A DNA stretch of 64,000 nt from the NCBI GenBank assembly GCA_951406725.2, contig OX597831.1, positions 45,136,001-45,200,000 of the forward strand, in the 5' to 3' direction. This DNA comes from Octopus vulgaris (taxonomy: Eukaryota). The notes beneath the pieces were generated by a model that did not search any database, was not told the DNA's origin, and was given only the letters and a program-made list of their open reading frames with translations. Position 1 is the stretch's first letter, and each line of letters begins with the position of its first letter. Below, in pieces: positions 1 through 12,526 of the stretch. The position numbers were made by a program, and so were the translations under genes.

Positions 1-945
1 GCAACCATTGTTGTCCCCCTTCTTTCTCTTCCTCCCCTTTTTTTTGAGGAGGTTACCTCCTCTTCAACTTTTTCCTCCACTGGGGGGGAACAGGGGACAC
101 CTCTTTAATTAACTCTTCCAGGACCTTTGCCTGGTCCCGGCAACAGTTTTTCTTGATGTTACCTGATTCCAGGCAAAGGTGACACTTGGGGGGGAGGGCG
201 TCCCTCAACTATCACTGGGTACCTGGAACCGGCCATTGCTAAAAAATCTGGTAAAACCAAATCTTTGGCTGATTGGGTTCAAAGGGTCAAAATTGCTTTC
301 GACCCCACCCAATCAGCCACAGGAAGCATTCTGACATTCAAGAGCCTGGCTCCGCTGCCACCCAGACCCCGGCGGATAGTTTCCTCTATCCACTCGGGCT
401 CAATTCTGGGTGGTAGCCCACTCACCCAAACTCTTGTTAATTTTCACTCACCGTATCTGGGGAGAAACAAAATCTTCTCCCCTTCCATCGGTTGGCACGC
501 AAACTTTTGTGCCTCCGTAGGGGTGTCAAAGAGAACACACACAGTTCCATACTTTGCTCCCCTAAGAATAAATCGAAAAGTTGGTAGGTACTCTGCCAAC
601 CCTTCCTCAATATCAGACTGAGAGAACTCAGCGATGGTTTCAAGGACCCTAGAGTAGGTCCTTAACACCACCGTTCTCTCAGTATAATTTTTAAGCCAAT
701 CTTTGGGGGCCACAATTCGCCACTCCAAAGCGGTATTCTTTGTTGCCATTTTTTTCCAAAAATAAAATAAAAATAAAATGTTCCAAAAACAAAATGTTCA
801 GATGAAAGTCAATAATAAAACACAAAGAAAGAACGGAAAGACAGACGTGAGAAAAACGGAATGAAGAAAGACAGTTCAACTGGCAACAAAATTCTGCTAC
901 TCAGATAATCCACAATTCGAAGTTCTCCGTCGCAGCATAAAAATT
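1..945 (-). mobile_element. 5' end of a Tx1/L1-like non-LTR retrotransposon: 5' UTR plus disrupted ORF1 (gag-like, zinc knuckle)
   Basis: ORF 749-444 (MATKNTALEW...) continues after a frameshift as KITRVWVSGLPPEL...YPVIVEGRPP, then KCHLCLESGNIKKNC (CX2CX4[H>N]X4C knuckle, about 143-187). A pyrimidine-rich 5' UTR occupies 750-945. Confidence 0.7.
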
Positions 946-1202
946 AAGCTACTTACCACACAGCCACTCCTAGATTTGTTAATAAAAATACTGTTAAACT
1001 ATGTTATCCACCCACACCTAATCTAGCCAAAAGTATTACTTCCTCTTGTATGGCTAAGTTCAGTCAAAGTTGACCTAGTAATACTTAGTTATTTCAATTG
1101 TATTTATTCTACTATTTGCTCTTTTAACCTGAATTGCTTAACTAAGAACATAGGCAATGAATACTTTGTAAAACAACTACATCTAATAAAGCATATATAT
1201 AG

Positions 1203-1239
<37 letters not shown>

Positions 1240-1488
1240 GTATAATCTCAACTGCAAATAATTTTAAAATAAGACATCATGTACATACCCACCCCTTCTG
1301 AAATAGAAAAAAAAATCAATCTCACTATCTAGCCATTGAAGAAACTCAATGACAGTTATGTCTCCTATGGACTAAAATGGTGCATTGTGACTGATTTAAT
1401 CTTCTGACCAGTAACGCAACACCATATGACTTTTGTACAGTCAAGGCACTGGAAATATTTTTTGCCAAAATCCCTAACTTAACAATAA

Positions 1489-1857
1489 CTAGCAGTATCG
1501 CGCGGCGTTGCTCGGGTTTGTTTCGACCCTTTAGAATTGGAATTTTTGAAAAGTAAAAATTTTGTATTATGTAGCTTGTTATTCTCTTTAAGTGAACATT
1601 TTTCTGGTTGAAATACACCGAAAAATGGTGACACAGCAGTCAAAAGATCGTAAAAAATAGGGATTTTCATAGAAAAAAAGCACCTTTTTGATGTTAATAA
1701 TTTTTGGTGTTTACATGGTCCGATTTGAATTTTTTCTTCTACGGAAGGAAGAGCAAGCCTAGTCAACTTGTGCTGCAGGGTCTCGGAGGAGATAGTGTTA
1801 GTTGAAGGCTACCAAACCTGCCATACACAGACAACTTCAGCTTTCTATATATAGAGA
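1489..1857 (-). mobile_element. Non-autonomous Helitron
   Basis: On the - strand: 5' A|TCTCTATATAT, then a GC-rich subterminal hairpin (CCCGAGCAACGCCGCG), then CTAG|T at the 3' end; inserted at an AT dinucleotide. Confidence 0.75.
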
Positions 1858-2085
1858 TTTGGAAAGGATTATATTGCTCTATCATCCAACATAAGTCGGT
1901 TGATAGTCTTTAACCTGATGATTAAGCATCTTTTCTAAAGACATTGGTGGATCATACATTCACCAGCTAACGTTAAATAATGTGATTCAAATGTTTTTAT
2001 TCTTCTCCTTATATTACGTTTAATCCTCACTGCACTGATTAAATGATTGCATAGTAGCTTATGATGTAACATGCTAATCATATAC

Positions 2086-2319
2086 TCTTTACTCTTTTCA
2101 CTCTTTTACTTGTTTCAGTCATTTGGCTGTGGCCATGCTGGAGCACCGCCTTTAGTCGAGCAAATCGACCCTGGAACTTATTCTTTGTAAGCCTAGTACT
2201 TATTCTATCGGTTTCTTTTGCCGAACCGCTAAGTTACGGGGGACGTAAACACACCAGCATCGGTTGTCAAACGATGTTGGGGAGACAAACACAGATGCAC
2301 AAACATATACACACACACA

Positions 2320-2382
<63 letters not shown>

Positions 2383-2726
2383 TACAGTGAGTTTCTTTCA
2401 GTTTCCGTCTACCAAATCCACTCACAAGGCTTTGCTCAGCAGCATTTCATTTGTCTTCACGTTCTGCATTCAAATTCTGCCTGGGTCGACTTTGCCTTTC
2501 ATCCTTTTGGGGGTTGATAAAATAAGTACCAGTTGAACACTGGGGTCAAGGTAATCGACTTAACTCCCCCCCCACGAATGCGCTGGCCTTGAGCCAAAAT
2601 TTGAAATGAATATTTATCTAATAACATTAAACTATTAGAAGGACTGTAAAGTAATGTTGCATTTCATGTAATGAGTTCACACACACACACACAGAGGAGA
2701 GACAGAGAGATACATAGATACATAGG

Positions 2727-2757
<31 letters not shown>

Positions 2758-2845
2758 GCAGACAGACAGACAGATAGAAAGATAGATAGACAGACAGACA
2801 GATAGATAGATAGATAGACATACATACATACATGTGTGTATGTAT

Positions 2846-2907
<62 letters not shown>

Positions 2908-3150
2908 AGAGAGAGAGAGAGGTGGGTAATAAGAGATTAATGAGATGATCAATAAATTCAATGAAATTAGATATAGGTAGATTCAGTAAAATTATTGTTT
3001 ATTGTATCATTAACAATAACTACCACAGAAGAAAGGCTTTGGTCAGCCCAAGGTTATAGTAGAAGACACTTGCCCATGGTGCCATGCAGTGGGACTGAAC
3101 CCAGAACCATGTGGTTGGTAAGTAAGCTACTTACCACACAGCCACTCCTG
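2086..3150 (-). mobile_element. SINE family A copy split by a ~600-bp insert
   Basis: Tail and body at 2086-2440 and tRNA-like head at 3033-3150 match the other family A copies. Confidence 0.8.
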
Positions 3151-3199
3151 CTATTCGTTCAAAATATAATTGCCATGGCTAGCAATAACATTTTCTCTC

Positions 3200-4120
3200 C
3201 TTGAAACCAGTTTTGTGATTCTTCAGGTTCTTTGGAAAGGAAATATGTTTGGAGCACCATATTGACATTGTCCCTGTTTCTGAATGTTTCCCCACTGGTA
3301 AAATGTTCAACTAACTTGAATAAGTGAAAAATTTGATGGTGCTATGTCTGGTAAGTAGGAAGGGTGAGATAGGAGGTAGCACTCCCAGCTCAGTGAATTT
3401 ATTCTTTCTTGGGTTATTTTCACTGAATGTAGCCATGCATTATCATATTGCTGGATGAGACCTTTTCTGTTGACAAGAGCTGGTTGTTTTTTGAGCAAAA
3501 CTTGATTGCTATCTATGTTATTGACGATAACATTCTGTGGGTGATGCTTTTCCCTTTTCTGTGGTGATGCTCACTAAAATCTTCTCTGGGTGTAGATCTG
3601 GTTTGGGTGTTGGAACTGGATTTTCATTTAGCAATAGCCATAGCTTCTTGTGCTTATTGTTGGCATAGATTATCCATTTATCATCCTTTCTTACAATTTG
3701 ATTAAGTAAAGGTGTTTGTTCATTCCTGATTAGTAACTTGTTGCAAATTGCTAAATGCACTACTTTATTCTCGTGGGACTACTCATGTGGTACCCACTTC
3801 TCTTCTCTATACACTTTCCCACTCTGCTTGAGATGATTTTGTACAGTTTTATCAAGCCAGGTTTATTAAACCTCTGAGACAATTCCCAATAATTTGATGT
3901 AAATTTTCTTCGATTGTTGTTTTCATTGTGTCAATATTGAGAACAGTTGGTCCAAAAGATTCAAATCACCATTTTTGAATTTGTTAAACCGCCTTTAGCA
4001 TTTCTGAACATTCACTCCATACATTTTCCATTGCACATTTTGTTTTGTTGCTCTCATGAAATTTGTAAAGATTACAATACTGAATATGCAGGATACTAAA
4101 GTCTTTGTCTTCCATGATCT
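3200..4120 (-). mobile_element. Decayed mariner transposase
   Basis: WVPHE motif (about 3783-3797), IVRKDDKWIIYAN, YDNAWLH and HPSYLPDIAPSN (HPPYSPDLAPSD-like), with frameshifts and stops. Confidence 0.85.
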
Positions 4121-4217
4121 ACCAGATGGAACATATACATACACAAATCACATTCACATTAAGGCTTGGTCATTAACTCTATGCTGATTGGTTGATTGCA
4201 AGGTGACCTTATATTGG

Positions 4218-4630
4218 TTTACTCTTTTATTCTTTTACATGTTTTGGTCATTTGACTGTGGCCATGCTGGAGTACCACCTTTAGTCGAGCAAATCGATCC
4301 CAGGACTTATTCTTTGTAAGCCTAGTACTTATTCTATCAGTCTCTTTTGCCGAACCGCTAAGTTACAGGGATGTAAACACACCACTGTCTGTTGTCAAGC
4401 GATATTGGGGGGACAAACACATAAACACACACACACACACATGCATATATATATATATATACATATATACGATAGGTTTCTTTCAGTTTCCATCTACCAA
4501 ATCCACTCACAAGGCTTTGGTCGGCCCGAGGCTATAGTAGAAGACACTTGCCCAAGGTACCATGCAGTGGGAATGAACCTGGAACCATGTGGTTGGTAAG
4601 CAAGCTACTTACCACGCAGCCACTCCTGCG
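4218..4630 (-). mobile_element. SINE family A (tRNA-like head, CORE-like block, internal microsatellite), full copy
   Basis: Head GGAGTGGCTG.GTGGTAAG...GGTTCA.TCCC with A/B-box-like motifs, CCTTGGGCAAGTG CORE-like block, (TA/TG)n middle and AAAAGAGT-type repeat tail; highly similar to more than 12 other copies in the window. Confidence 0.9.
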
Positions 4631-4935
4631 TCAATTTGTGAACTATTTGCTTGAAACTATATTACTTTACAGCACCACTTAATATTTTGTAATTTCTTTA
4701 TTTCTCTACTTAGATTTCTTAGATTTGGGGTTACATTTAATTTAGCAGTTGTTACTTCTTATAATTACATCTTGGATAGGCACAGGCACGGCTGTATGGT
4801 AAAAAGTTTGCTTCTCAACCACATGGTTCCAGGTTCCGTTCCACTGTATGGCACCTTGAATAACTGTATTCTTTTATAGTTCTGGGCTTACCAAAGCTTT
4901 GTGAGTGGAAACTGGAAGGCCATCATGTATGTATG

Positions 4936-4964
<29 letters not shown>

Positions 4965-4971
<7 letters not shown>

Positions 4972-5150
4972 GAATTTACGAAAAAACAAAATGACGAAGA
5001 CGGGTGTGTAAACAACAAACAGATGTATTAGTTTAATGCTCGGGAAGTAAGAAAGTCTTTTACGTTTTGAGCCTACGCTCTTCAGCAGAAAGGAGCACAG
5101 AAATAAACTAAGAGAGAAAAAAAAAAGGTTTAGTGGTTAGCGATCTATCA
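4965..5150 (-). mobile_element. Short (TA)n-adjacent element with degenerate minimal hammerhead motif
   Basis: - strand 5092-5057: CTTT CTGCTGA AGAGC GTAG GCTC AAAAC GTA AAAG; same family as 44990-45190. Confidence 0.6.
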
Positions 5151-5734
5151 TATATGCGTATTTTTTCACTGTGTACAAATAACACAGAAAAAATAAATAA
5201 ATAGTTACAGGGTAGCAAAAATTCACAAAAGTGCCAAAGATGTTAAAACCTACCTGTAAAGGTAGAAATTCCAGGGTATAGTGAAATGTTTTTGTATAAC
5301 ATAAATAAATTAAGAAATGGAGTTAAACGCAGGTGTTATTCAAATCTTGTATGTGTCAAACAGAATTTGTTGAGGCAGGTTTTTCTACAGCTGAATGCTG
5401 TTCCTGTTGCCAAACTTCACCTGTTGCCAAGCAAGGTGATATTTCCCTATGGCCAGACGCACACATTTTTCACAAAAGATTTGAAATAAAGAACATCATT
5501 TGTATGATAACAAGGACATATGTTTTGAAGAAAACATTGATATTACTCCAGAGGGAGTAAAATGATGTAAAACAATGCAATAATCTCATCAGGGAAAAGA
5601 GAGAAACAAAACACATCAATAAGCCATATGTCGGAAGTATAAAGATTTGAATAACACCTGCATTTAAATCCATTTCTTAATTTATACATATATACATATA
5701 CATATATATAGATATCTATATATATATCAACATC

Positions 5735-6057
5735 AAAATAAAAATCAAATGGAAACTGTAGTTGTGATACCCGTGCCAGTGGTACGTAAAAAACACCATC
5801 TGAACGTGGCTGATGCCAGCGCCGCTTTGACTGGCGTCCGTGCTGGTGGCACGTAAAAGCACCAGCCAATCATGGACGTTGCCAACCTCCTCTGGGCCCT
5901 GTGCCAGTGGCACGGAGTGGTTGGTGTTTGGAAGGGCATCCAGCTGTAGAAACACTGCCAGATCAGACTGGAGCCTGGTGCAGCCTTCTGGCTTCTCAGA
6001 CCCCGGTTGAACCGTCCAACCCATGCTAGCATGGAAAACGGACGTTAAATGATTATG

Positions 6058-6060
<3 letters not shown>
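5735..6060 (+). mobile_element. RTE LINE 3' UTR fragment
   Basis: GGTTGGTGTTTGGAAGGGCATCCAGCTGTAGAAAC...GGACGTTAAATGAT tail, matching the 3' end of the RTE at 50131-53716. Confidence 0.85.
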
Positions 6061-6090
<30 letters not shown>

Positions 6091-7349
6091 AATTATTCTA
6101 AATGACTTGAGATACTCATCCTGCCTTGGTTTTTGATGTCCTTTTCCTCTACTGTATACCTGTTAACATGGAAGCTTAATATGGATCCTTAACTCCAGCC
6201 TCAACTGTGAACTTGGAACCTAACAGATGACCAATTATAGCACTTGCTCACTGTACCTATTCGCTTGGATCACCAGTGAACTAAAGCCCTCATATTATAT
6301 ATGTGTCGTATGTATGTATGTGTGAGTGTATATATGTTTGTGTTTCCTTGTCTTGATGTTGTGTGGTACTTGCAAAATGATCGTCACTCTCATACAAGCA
6401 GTGTAATTCATTTCCAATCTTCTGTGGGAATATGTCTGGCCATGAAGAAACAGGTGAGTGTTGGCAACAGAGAAGGCATCCAGCCCCAGAAAATCCGCCT
6501 CGTTAAACTCTATGGACGAGGCAGGCATGGAGAGGTCAACATTAACATGATGATGATGATGATGATGATGACAACAATGACGATGATGATGATGATAATG
6601 ACAATGATGATGATGATACTTCTTAAAATCATTTTTAAACCATGACTTTTCTTTGTATCTTATAGTTTTTGTACAACTAATACTTCTTAACCTGAATATA
6701 TTTGAAATCTAAATATAGCACATCTACTTACTGTGCTAGGTGTGTGTGTGTGCGTGCACGCATGTGTGTGCGTGCACGCATGTGTGTGCGTGCACGCATG
6801 TGTGTGTATGTGTGTTTGTGTGTGTGTGTTTGTTTGTGTGTTTGTGTGTGTGTGTGTGTACTTAAATTCTGTAACCCTAGTAGGAAATCCATAGGCTTAA
6901 GCGTTTTACATGTCAACATTTTAGGCCTTAGCAGTTGTATTACTAGAATACCGTGAACTACTTTCATAGCTACAGTAACAGATAAGATCAAAACATAGAT
7001 GATTCATTTAGTATTGATTGATAACCTTTACATTGACAAATGTTTTAACATAACCTATTTTAACAAGGAGGAATTTGCTAACGTATACATTTAGGTCTAT
7101 TCCTGAACAAATTTTTACTGTAATTAACTTCAAATTTCAGTTGTCTTAGATTTGAATATAGTTGAAGTTGTGAAGACTAATTCAAAATGTCTTATTTATG
7201 ATAAATTTTACATGTTTAAAATTGCTATAATGCATACATATATATATATATATATTTCTTTTTGTGCAAGCTGTCAAATTTAGCCCAAACATCAAGTATG
7301 TATGTATATGTGTGTGTGTGTATGTGTGTGTATATATGTATGTGTGTAG

Positions 7350-7610
7350 GGGGTAGTGGCGACCCCTGTTGTACTCTTTCGCCTCAACTTTCTCTCACCC
7401 CACTCTTACTTCCTGTTTCTGTTGTACCTGTATTTCAAGGGGCCGGCCTTGTCACTCTCTGTGTCACGCTGAATATCCCTGAGAACTACGTTAAGGGTGC
7501 ACGTGTCTGTGGAGTGTTCAGCCACTTACACGTTAATTTCACGAGCGGGCTGTTCCTTGATTCGGATCAACCGGAACCCTCATCGTCGTAACCGACGGAG
7601 TGCTTCCATC
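7350..7610 (+). mobile_element. SINE family C 3' part
   Basis: Shares TGTACCTGTATTTCAA with 35640-35795; a reverse partial copy lies at about 31243-31360. Confidence 0.55.
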
Positions 7611-7613
7611 CAC

Positions 7614-7670
<57 letters not shown>

Positions 7671-7712
7671 AAGCAATACTAATTCTATGAGCAAGAAGTA
7701 AACAGTAGCAGC

Positions 7713-7763
<51 letters not shown>

Positions 7764-7894
7764 ACATGTATACGTATATATATGTACAGATGTTTTATAT
7801 ATACAGATGTATATATATATATATATATTACTCTACCACTGGTATTTGAGTACTCTTTTTTCCACCTTGTTTCACATTTATGTGTTTACTCCGG

Positions 7895-7948
<54 letters not shown>

Positions 7949-8245
7949 TATACATATATATATATATGTGTGTGTGTATGTATATATATATATGTATATA
8001 TATATATATGTATCCTTAAATCCTTAAAAATGTTTTAGCCTGAAGGCTGCGGCCATGCTGGGGCACCACCGGTGTATGTATATATATATGTATATATAGT
8101 TATATATAGTTTTATATAGTTATAAATTGAAATATGTATATATATATATATATATGTATATATTTATATATGTATTATATATATATATGTGTGTGTGTGT
8201 GTGTATGTATATATATATATGTATGTTATATATATATATATATAT

Positions 8246-8326
<81 letters not shown>

Positions 8327-9230
8327 TATATGTGTGTGTGTGTGTGTATATGTATATATAAACATGAATATATCTACATAAATATTGAAGAATGTGTGTG
8401 CAACACCACGTTGGTGGATATAGATTCTTTATTTGTGTATTAAGGCTGCCATCTGTTTCATTTTAAGGGAATTCTCAACATTTATTCAAGCCAATCACAT
8501 TAAAAAAATTGATGTTTGTCTCCATTTTTGATTAAAATCAATCCAAAATTGAGACAAAACACCAAGTTTTCTTTGTGATTGGCTTGAATAATTATTGAGT
8601 ATTTCTTCAACATGAAACTACTGGTAGTCTTAATACACAAGTAAAGTGCGTGTGTGTGTGTGTGCCCTTGTTATCATACAAATGATGTTCTTTATTTCAA
8701 ATCTTTTGTGAAAAATGTGTGTGTCTGGCCATAGGGAAATATCACCTTGCTTGGCAACAGGTGAGGGTTGGCAACAGGAACAGCATTCAGCTGTAGAAAT
8801 ACCTGCCTCAACAAATTCTGTTTGACACATGCAAGCATGGAAAAGAGCACATGTAAACAACGATGATGTTGATATGTGTGGGGTGTGGGGGATGGGCTTC
8901 TCTGCTTGAATTGGTAATTACACTGATTGAAAAACTGATGTTGTGTTTGTTGTGTCACTTTTATCCTATAATCTAGCACTTTGGTAAATGCAGGCATGGC
9001 TGTGTGGTAAGAAGTTTTCCTCACAAACTCATGGTTCTGGAGTCAATCCTACAGTGTGGTATTCTGAGCAAGTGTTTTTTAACATAGCCCTGGGTCAACC
9101 AAAACCTTATGACTGGATTTGTTAGACAGAAACTGGAAGAAGTCTCTTATATATATATGTGTGTGTGTGTGTGTGTCTTTGTGCTTATGTTTGTTCCCTC
9201 CCTATGGTGCTTGACAACTGGGGTTGATTT

Positions 9231-9483
9231 ACAGTTCTATATTTAAGAGATGAGGAATTATGTACATTATTTACATCCAACGGATATTTGTTCTCATCTT
9301 GTTTGTTGTTAACACAATGTTTCGGCTGATATACCCTCCAGCCGTCTTCAAGTGCCTTGGGGAAATTTCGAACCTGGACATCAAGACACCTGAAGAAGGC
9401 TGGAGGGCATATCAGCTGAAACGTTGTGTTAACAACAAACAAGATGAGGGCAAATATCCGTCGAATGTAAATAATGTAAATAA
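9231..9483. mobile_element. Fold-back (palindromic) Penelope-like non-autonomous element with 12-bp TSD
   Basis: Inverted arms at about 9258-9359 and 9382-9484; direct repeat TGGGGTTGATTT at 9219-9230 and 9484-9495. Confidence 0.75.
9386..9429 (+). ncRNA. Minimal type I hammerhead ribozyme motif
   Basis: ACAC CTGAAGA A GGCTG[GAGGGCATAT]CAGCT GAAAC GTT GTGT: stem I ACAC/GTGT, intact core, stem II, GUU cleavage triplet. Confidence 0.7.
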
Positions 9484-9591
9484 TGGGGTTGATTTGTTTA
9501 CATCCTCAAAAGTCAGCAGTTTGAGAAAGAGATTGATTAGATAAGTATCAGATTTGAAAAAATAAGTACTGGGATCAATTTGTTTCATTAG

Positions 9592-9812
9592 CCCTTTAGC
9601 ATTTAAACAGGCCATACCCAGCCAAAATATTCCCCCTGTTTTATATCCCAACTGTCCACATCTAGCTTCTCACACCTACCCTACAATGTCGTTCTAAAAA
9701 TAAACAGTTACATCATCGACATTTTGAAGCTACAAGATAAATGCATGATTAATTTAAAAGAATGTGAATGAATAAGCATTACATTTGACAGAGTTAGCTG
9801 AATGCTAAAGGG
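9592..9812. mobile_element. TTAA-type (piggyBac-like) MITE
   Basis: TIR CCCTTTAGCATT...AATGCTAAAGGG, flanked by TTAG and TTAA; a related copy lies at about 54210-54418. Confidence 0.75.
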
Positions 9813-10294
9813 TTAAAACCTTATAAGCTTGACCATGGTCCAAAGGCCGAAACAAGTAAAAGATAAAAGATTAAAAAAAAACTCCCTATTAAATGGGATT
9901 TATGATTGATGTAATTGTCCCAATTCAACTGTAGTCCAGTAACTGAAACTAATAAAAGAATAAAGTTGTGTGTGTGTATGTGTGTATTCAGCTATATCTG
10001 TCTAGGAAATTAGAGCTAGTAAAACTGCTATCAGCTATTGTCAGCTAAAATATCTGCATTCTTATCTATTGACAAACCATGAATTATATTCACACACAGA
10101 CATACAACCATATAAATGACTTTGAATGGGTGTATACAAAATGAGAACGGGTTTGGAAACTAGAACTGTATTTTCTCTCTCTCACTCTCTCTCACTCACT
10201 TGCTCACTCTCTCACTCACTCATTCACTCACTCTTTCTCTCTCTCTCTAAAAGTCTCACACACACACTTCCTCTCATCTCTCTTTCATTCATAT

Positions 10295-10700
10295 TACTCT
10301 TTTACTTCTTTCAGTCATTTGACTGTGGCCATGCTGGAGCACCGCCTTTAGTCGAGCAAATCGACCCGAGGATTTATTCTTTGTAAGCCCAGTACTTATT
10401 CTATCGGTCTCTTTTGCCGAACCGCTAAGTGACGGGGACGTAAACACACCAGCATCGGTTGTCAAGCAATGCTAGAGGGACAAACACAGACACACAAACA
10501 TATACACACCCACTTATATATATATATACATACATACGACAGGCTTCTTTCAGTTTCCGTCTACCAAATCCACTCACAAGGCATTGGTCGGCTCGGGGCT
10601 ATAGCAGAAGACACTTGCCCAAGATACCACGCAGTGGGACTGAATCCGGAACCATGTGGTTGGTAAGCAAGCTACTTACCACACAGCCACTCCTGCGCCT
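10295..10700 (-). mobile_element. SINE family A, full copy
   Basis: Same head, CORE-like block and tail as 4218-4630. Confidence 0.9.
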
Positions 10701-10721
10701 ATATATATATATATAATATAT

Positions 10722-11020
10722 ATCATCATCATCATCGTTTAACATCCACCTTCTATGCTGGCATGGGTGGAACGGTTTGACAAGAGCCAGCTAGGCAGCC
10801 TGCACCAGACTTCTGTAATTGTTTTGGCAGGATTTTTACAGCTGGACTCCCTTCCTAACACCAACCACTCAGCAGAGTGGACTTAGTGCTTTTTACGTGG
10901 CACAAGCACAGGTGAGGTCAGTTTTGGCAAGGTTTTTACAGCTGGATGCCATTCCAAATGCCAACTGCTTTACAGTATGGACTGGGTGCTTTTAAGGAGC
11001 ACCTGCAATGACAGGGTCAC
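10722..11020 (-). mobile_element. RTE 3' UTR fragment
   Basis: (CAT)n CGTTTAAC start and two degenerate CAGCTGGATGCC blocks. Confidence 0.7.
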
Positions 11021-11709
11021 CAAGTACTTACAAGACAAAAAACAAATCTCTTGAGAGGGCATTGGAGAAAGTGATCTTATGTTGGATGATGAAAGGTTAT
11101 AGTGGGGCAGAGAGACAGAAAAAGGTGTCTTGCTGTAGAAGAATTACAAGGTTACCTGGCTGGAGAGAGAGTGATAGATAGATTAGGAATGAAGACAGAA
11201 ACAGGTGTGCTGCCACAAAGGAAATACATGCACCTATGTAATAAAAGTTTTTCCAGTTAAACATGAGTTCTCCCATTGCATGAAGCCATAGCATTACTTG
11301 GCTCTAATTTTCTCTTAGTATTTTCTTGGCAGAGACACTGGGGGTGGTTTACCATTGCCATTCCCAACTGGATGGCCATTGGCCCACAAGGAGGCCACCC
11401 ACTCTTCAGCAGGTCATGTTTTTAATCTTGCTAGGTGTACAAACACTCTTCCTACTTGAGTAGCATAATACTCAAGTGGGGCACCTGGTTTAGTCACTGA
11501 CCACTTGACCACGGAACAGGTAGTATTAGTTTACATAATAACAGCAGCAGGTATCATCAACCTGTGATGAGATTGCTGTTGACCTGACATTTCCACTCTT
11601 CACTCTATCCAAAAGTGGTAACATCAGAAACATTACAAAAATCAAGTCTTACTATTTCTTTGAACACAAAGCTAATAATACTTCCGACTGTGAACTTCAC
11701 CTGTCTTTT

Positions 11710-11990
11710 TTACCTCTGCCTTAGCGAAGGCAGAGGTATTGTTTTCAGTTGTGTTTGTTTGTCTGTGGACAAGATATCTCAAGAACCACTGGATGGATTC
11801 AGATGAAACTTTCAGGGATGTTTGGCCTCATGACTGGCATGAACTGATTAGATTTTTGGGATTGATCCGATATCAGACAAGAATTCTGGATTATTTTTCT
11901 GGTTTTTTTACTCAGTTTTTGAGAGCAGTCAGGTTCATTTTTTTTAGTATTCTCGTTCATGAGAGCAGTCGAGTTTATTCTTTCATTCTT
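11710..11990 (+). mobile_element. Helentron-associated (HINE/DINE-1-like) element
   Basis: TTACCTCTGCCTTAGCGAAGGCAGAGGTA terminal hairpin after a T-run, followed by (GTTT/GTCT) repeats; second copy at 60499-61040. Confidence 0.6.
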
Positions 11991-12029
11991 GGAGTTCTTC
12001 AAACATTGGGTGTGTGGTTAAGACAAAAT

Positions 12030-12526
12030 ATACACAACACACACATCTATACTCACACACAAATACATACACATATACACACGCATACACATACATACAC
12101 ACATACATACACACATACATACACACACATCTATACACACACATATACACGCATACACACACACATATACACTCATATGCACGCATGCACACAAATACAC
12201 ACGGACATATACATATATACACTCACATATACACACACATACACATGCGCGCACACATACAAGCATGCACATATACACACACATACACATGCACACACAT
12301 ACATGCATGCACATATACACACACATACACACATATACATGCATACACACACATGTATGTGTGCACATGCACACACATATACACACATATGCACACATAT
12401 ACACATATGCATATATACACTCACACATACACACACATATGCACACAATGCATATATTTACACACATACACACACACATATACACATAAGCACGCACACA
12501 CACATATACATACTCACACACACACA
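12030..12526. repeat. Degenerate (CA/TA)n microsatellite
   Basis: Direct reading; source of the spurious H/T/Y-rich ORFs. Confidence 0.95.

Larger units (their letters stand above)
8990..9870 (+). mobile_element. Old SINE family A copy hosting two nested insertions
   Basis: Head 8990-9150, body resumes at 9484-9590, tail at 9816-9870. Confidence 0.7.
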
